Below are positions 61,060-64,000 of a stretch of 64,000 nt of DNA, in pieces. A model generated the notes under the pieces. That model did no database searches. It saw nothing but the letters and a program-made list of their open reading frames with translations, and had not been told where the DNA came from. Within the stretch, counting starts at the first letter, position 1; each line of letters opens with the position of its first letter. The translations under genes and the position numbers were made by a program. Source of the DNA: Sminthopsis crassicaudata (taxonomy: Eukaryota); assembly GCF_048593235.1 (NCBI RefSeq), contig NC_133617.1, forward strand, positions 497,282,958 through 497,346,957. The letters run 5' to 3'.

Positions 61060-63000
61060 ATATTCTCCACACTGGTTGTCTTAAATCTTCTCTCCTTAAT
61101 CCTCCCACAATATCCCCGGGAAAGAATTTACCATATACTTTGCTAAAAAAATTGAAGTCACTAGCTACAAGCTCTCTTCTTTCTTCCTTCTTAAATCTAA
61201 TGTCACTCATGTTTCTTCCTCACTCTCTCCTCCTTCATTCCTGTCTCAGATGAAGAGGGAGCACTTTTTTTTCACTAAGGCAAATTCTTCTACATCAGCT
61301 CTTGATACCATCCCTTCCTATCTTACAAGCTCTCTTTACTATGATCCCATCATCTTCACACCCCTCCCAATCTTATGGTTTTTCTCCTGCTGCTTACCAA
61401 CTTGTTTGTGTCTCTCCAATTCTTAGAAAACACTTATGTGATCCAATCTCTAGCTATCATCCTGTCTCTCCCTACATTTTGGGGAAACTCTTTGAAAGAA
61501 TCATTTATATTCATTGTCTCCACTTCACCTTTTTCTGAACTTTGTCATCTGGCTTCTGACCTCATCATTCAATTCAATTCAATTCAATGAAAACTGTTCT
61601 CTCAAATCAATGACCTTAGATTACCAAATCTAAAGAACTTTTCTGAATACTGATCTTTTTTGACGTCTCTTAGGCTTCTAACATTTTTTTTTAGCCTCCT
61701 TTTAAGGTTTTCATCACTTTTTCTCCCATGGTCTTTCTGCTATAGACCTGGCCATTTCTTCTCAAGTCTCTTTTGATGGATATACATAAATGCCAGGTCC
61801 ATTAACTATAGATGTCTTCCAATGCTCTGTTCTGTGCTTATCTATACTACTTTATTTGGTATCTCATCAATCCTCAAGGCTTTCAATTGTCACCTCTACG
61901 ATGCCCATATTTAAATATCTACCCCTAGTTTCCTGTTCCAAGCTCTAGTCCCAATTTACCAATTATCTTTTGAACATCTGGAACTGGATGCTCTGTAAGT
62001 ATCTAGAATTCATTATGCCTAAAACAATTCATTATTATTCCCTCCAAACTATCCTTCTGCTCCATCATCTTCATTGTCACCCAGTTTTGAAATTTTGGGG
62101 TTCTCAACAATTCTCTTAGTAACATCTAATCAAATGCTAAATCTTGTTTAATGTGACCTAAGTGTCTCTCACATTGAATGTTCCCTTCTCTTTACACACA
62201 CACAGACCACTTTAGTTCTGGCCCTCTTTACTTCTCATTGAGACTATTGAAATAGCTTCGTAATTTTCTCCCTGATTCAGGTCTTTGGCTACTACAGGCC
62301 ATTCTCCATTCAGCTGACAAAGTGATTTTCTTAAATGTAGTTCTAACCATACCATCTACTTATTTAGCTCCCGTGATTATTTATATTTGACACCAGACAG
62401 AGGTAATAAAGTTCTTTATGTAGCATTTAAAGTTCTTTGCAACTTGGTCTTTTCCTACCTTTCCATCTTTTTTTACTTTACTCAATTCAAGATATCCACA
62501 ATCCGGCTACAATTCATCTACTATACCTGCACTCTCTCTCTAGCATATTTGAATGCATTCCTTCTCATTTCTGTCTCTTAGTTTCCTTGTTAATTTTTAA
62601 AATTCTGGTAAGATCCCATTCTTCAGACCTTTATTGGTCTCCTTATTTGCTAGTGTCTTCCCATCTTGAGATTGCCTTCTAGCTACTCTAAAAATATTAG
62701 ATGTGTACTTGATTATCTATATGTTTACTTTATTAAAATATGGATTCCTAGAGAGCACTATTTTTTGCCTTTGTAATCCCAGCACATTATCTTGTGCTTT
62801 AACAAATGTCTGTTAACTGACTTCCTGAGGCTCCAATTAAACACTGATAAGGGTGCATGTGATTAATTCTTTGACCTCATACTTCACTGAAAAATCAATC
62901 TGTGGATGCTGGTGACACAAGCTCTTTTCTTAGTCCCTCTTATCTCATGTTACTTATACACCTTCCCCCACTCTTTCCTCTTTCATTCCTCTCAGATGAA
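61060..63000 (+). mobile_element. L2 LINE fragments
   Basis: Pyrimidine-rich L2 ORF remnants (gactattgaaatagc, ttcagctgacaaagtgattttc) ending in an L2 3' tail near 62820. Confidence 0.7.
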
Positions 63001-63489
63001 GAGACAATCTTTCTCAAAACCAAGGCAAACTTTAGTCATTAATAACAGATTCAGTAAAAACTTAATTGGAAATACAAAATTAGAGTTCAAACTAACTAAT
63101 CTCATTGATCATTTCCAACCTGTACCTGAATAAGCATCTCCTTTACAATAAAACTATTAAGTGATCATCTCTAACTTTTGATTGAAGACATATAGTGAAC
63201 AGCAGCTAATGAGGTCATTAAGTAATCCTTTCTAATTTTGGATGCTGTAATTTTTACAAATTTTTCTTCATATCAAAATCTAAGTTTGCCTCTTTGCAAT
63301 ATGAAATGTTCCTCATTCTGCCTTATGGAACTGAGCAGAACAAGCCTAATCCATCTTTTTGTAACAGTCCTTGAAAACCATCATTTGGCAACAGCATTTT
63401 CTCTTTTTCAGAATAATCATTCCTACCTCCTTAAATTAGTATTCTTAAATATAGCATCATTATGACTCTGGCTCACTTTAATTCACTTA

Positions 63490-64000
63490 TTATATCTACT
63501 TCATGCCAGTCATTATATAAAGTACATTATCTTTAAAAAAGATAAAACAATCTCTGGTTGCAAGGAGTTTATATTTTATTGGAATAGACATCAGCAAGAT
63601 ATATAAATATATTTCAAATAAACACATAATAGTTTAGGGAAGAAGAATATTAATAGTTGGTAGGTGGGGAGAATCAAGAAAGATTTCATGTAGATAACAG
63701 TGTATAAGCATGATAATGATATGAGAAATTCTATGAGGGAGAGGGAAAGGAATAGTTTCCAAGCATGGGAATTAGTCAAAATAAGGGAAGAAAGATGGGA
63801 GATAATAAAATATAACATATAAGTAAAAACAGAGAAGGCTAGTTTGTATGGAATGTAGTGAGGGAAAAAGAATGATATGAGGCTGGAAAGATAGGTTGGG
63901 ACCAGGCTGTGAAGAGATTTAAAAAACAAATGGAAGAATTCCTATTTGATCCAAGACAAAAATAAGAAAACTTGGTTAGATCTAAGTTTAAAAGAATATT
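63490..64000 (-). mobile_element. L2 fragment
   Basis: gaaagatttcatgtag...agggaaaggaatagtttccaagcatggg...aggctggaaagataggttggg. Confidence 0.6.

Noticed and set aside
60841-64000. Searched for the next upstream SECISBP2 exon (L7Ae domain, ...VSVVGIFSYDGAQ)
   Set aside because: No matching frame found; the region is L2/L3 repeat, so the exon lies beyond the window.
1-64000. CRISPR arrays, rRNA, tRNA genes or prokaryotic systems
   Set aside because: None seen; tRNA-like segments are SINE heads and a PBS.

Overview
AT-rich vertebrate genomic DNA from a marsupial, most likely a dasyurid. This is inferred from the repeat set: WSINE1/MAR1-type CORE-SINEs, marsupial L1 3' ends, and abundant L2/L3/MIR. 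The + strand carries the 3' two-thirds of SEMA4D (CD100): nine coding exons at 1-17889 and a 3'UTR to ~19625. Four further exons (19918-20121, 50211-50420, 53367-53464, 54385-54435) are intact and phase-compatible, and encode the alternative, transmembrane-less SEMA4D C-terminus (human isoform 2 / former C9orf164). The - strand carries the last two coding exons and 3'UTR of SECISBP2, tail-to-tail with SEMA4D. Most of the supplied ORFs are chance ORFs in repeats. The most notable observations are: (i) a 1044-bp betaretrovirus-like element whose two ends are both U3 ends in inverted orientation, inside one 6-bp target-site duplication; (ii) full conservation of the secreted SEMA4D isoform with a swapped Ig domain split by a 30-kb intron; (iii) absence of the SEMA4D stalk dimerisation cysteine; (iv) an orphan mRNA 3'UTR retrocopy inside an ERV-L pol fossil; (v) a templated-insertion repair scar in a SINE; (vi) a short L1 3' transduction. 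Gene identities and exon lengths are compared with human sequences from memory, not by database search. Repeat family names and outer boundaries are approximate.
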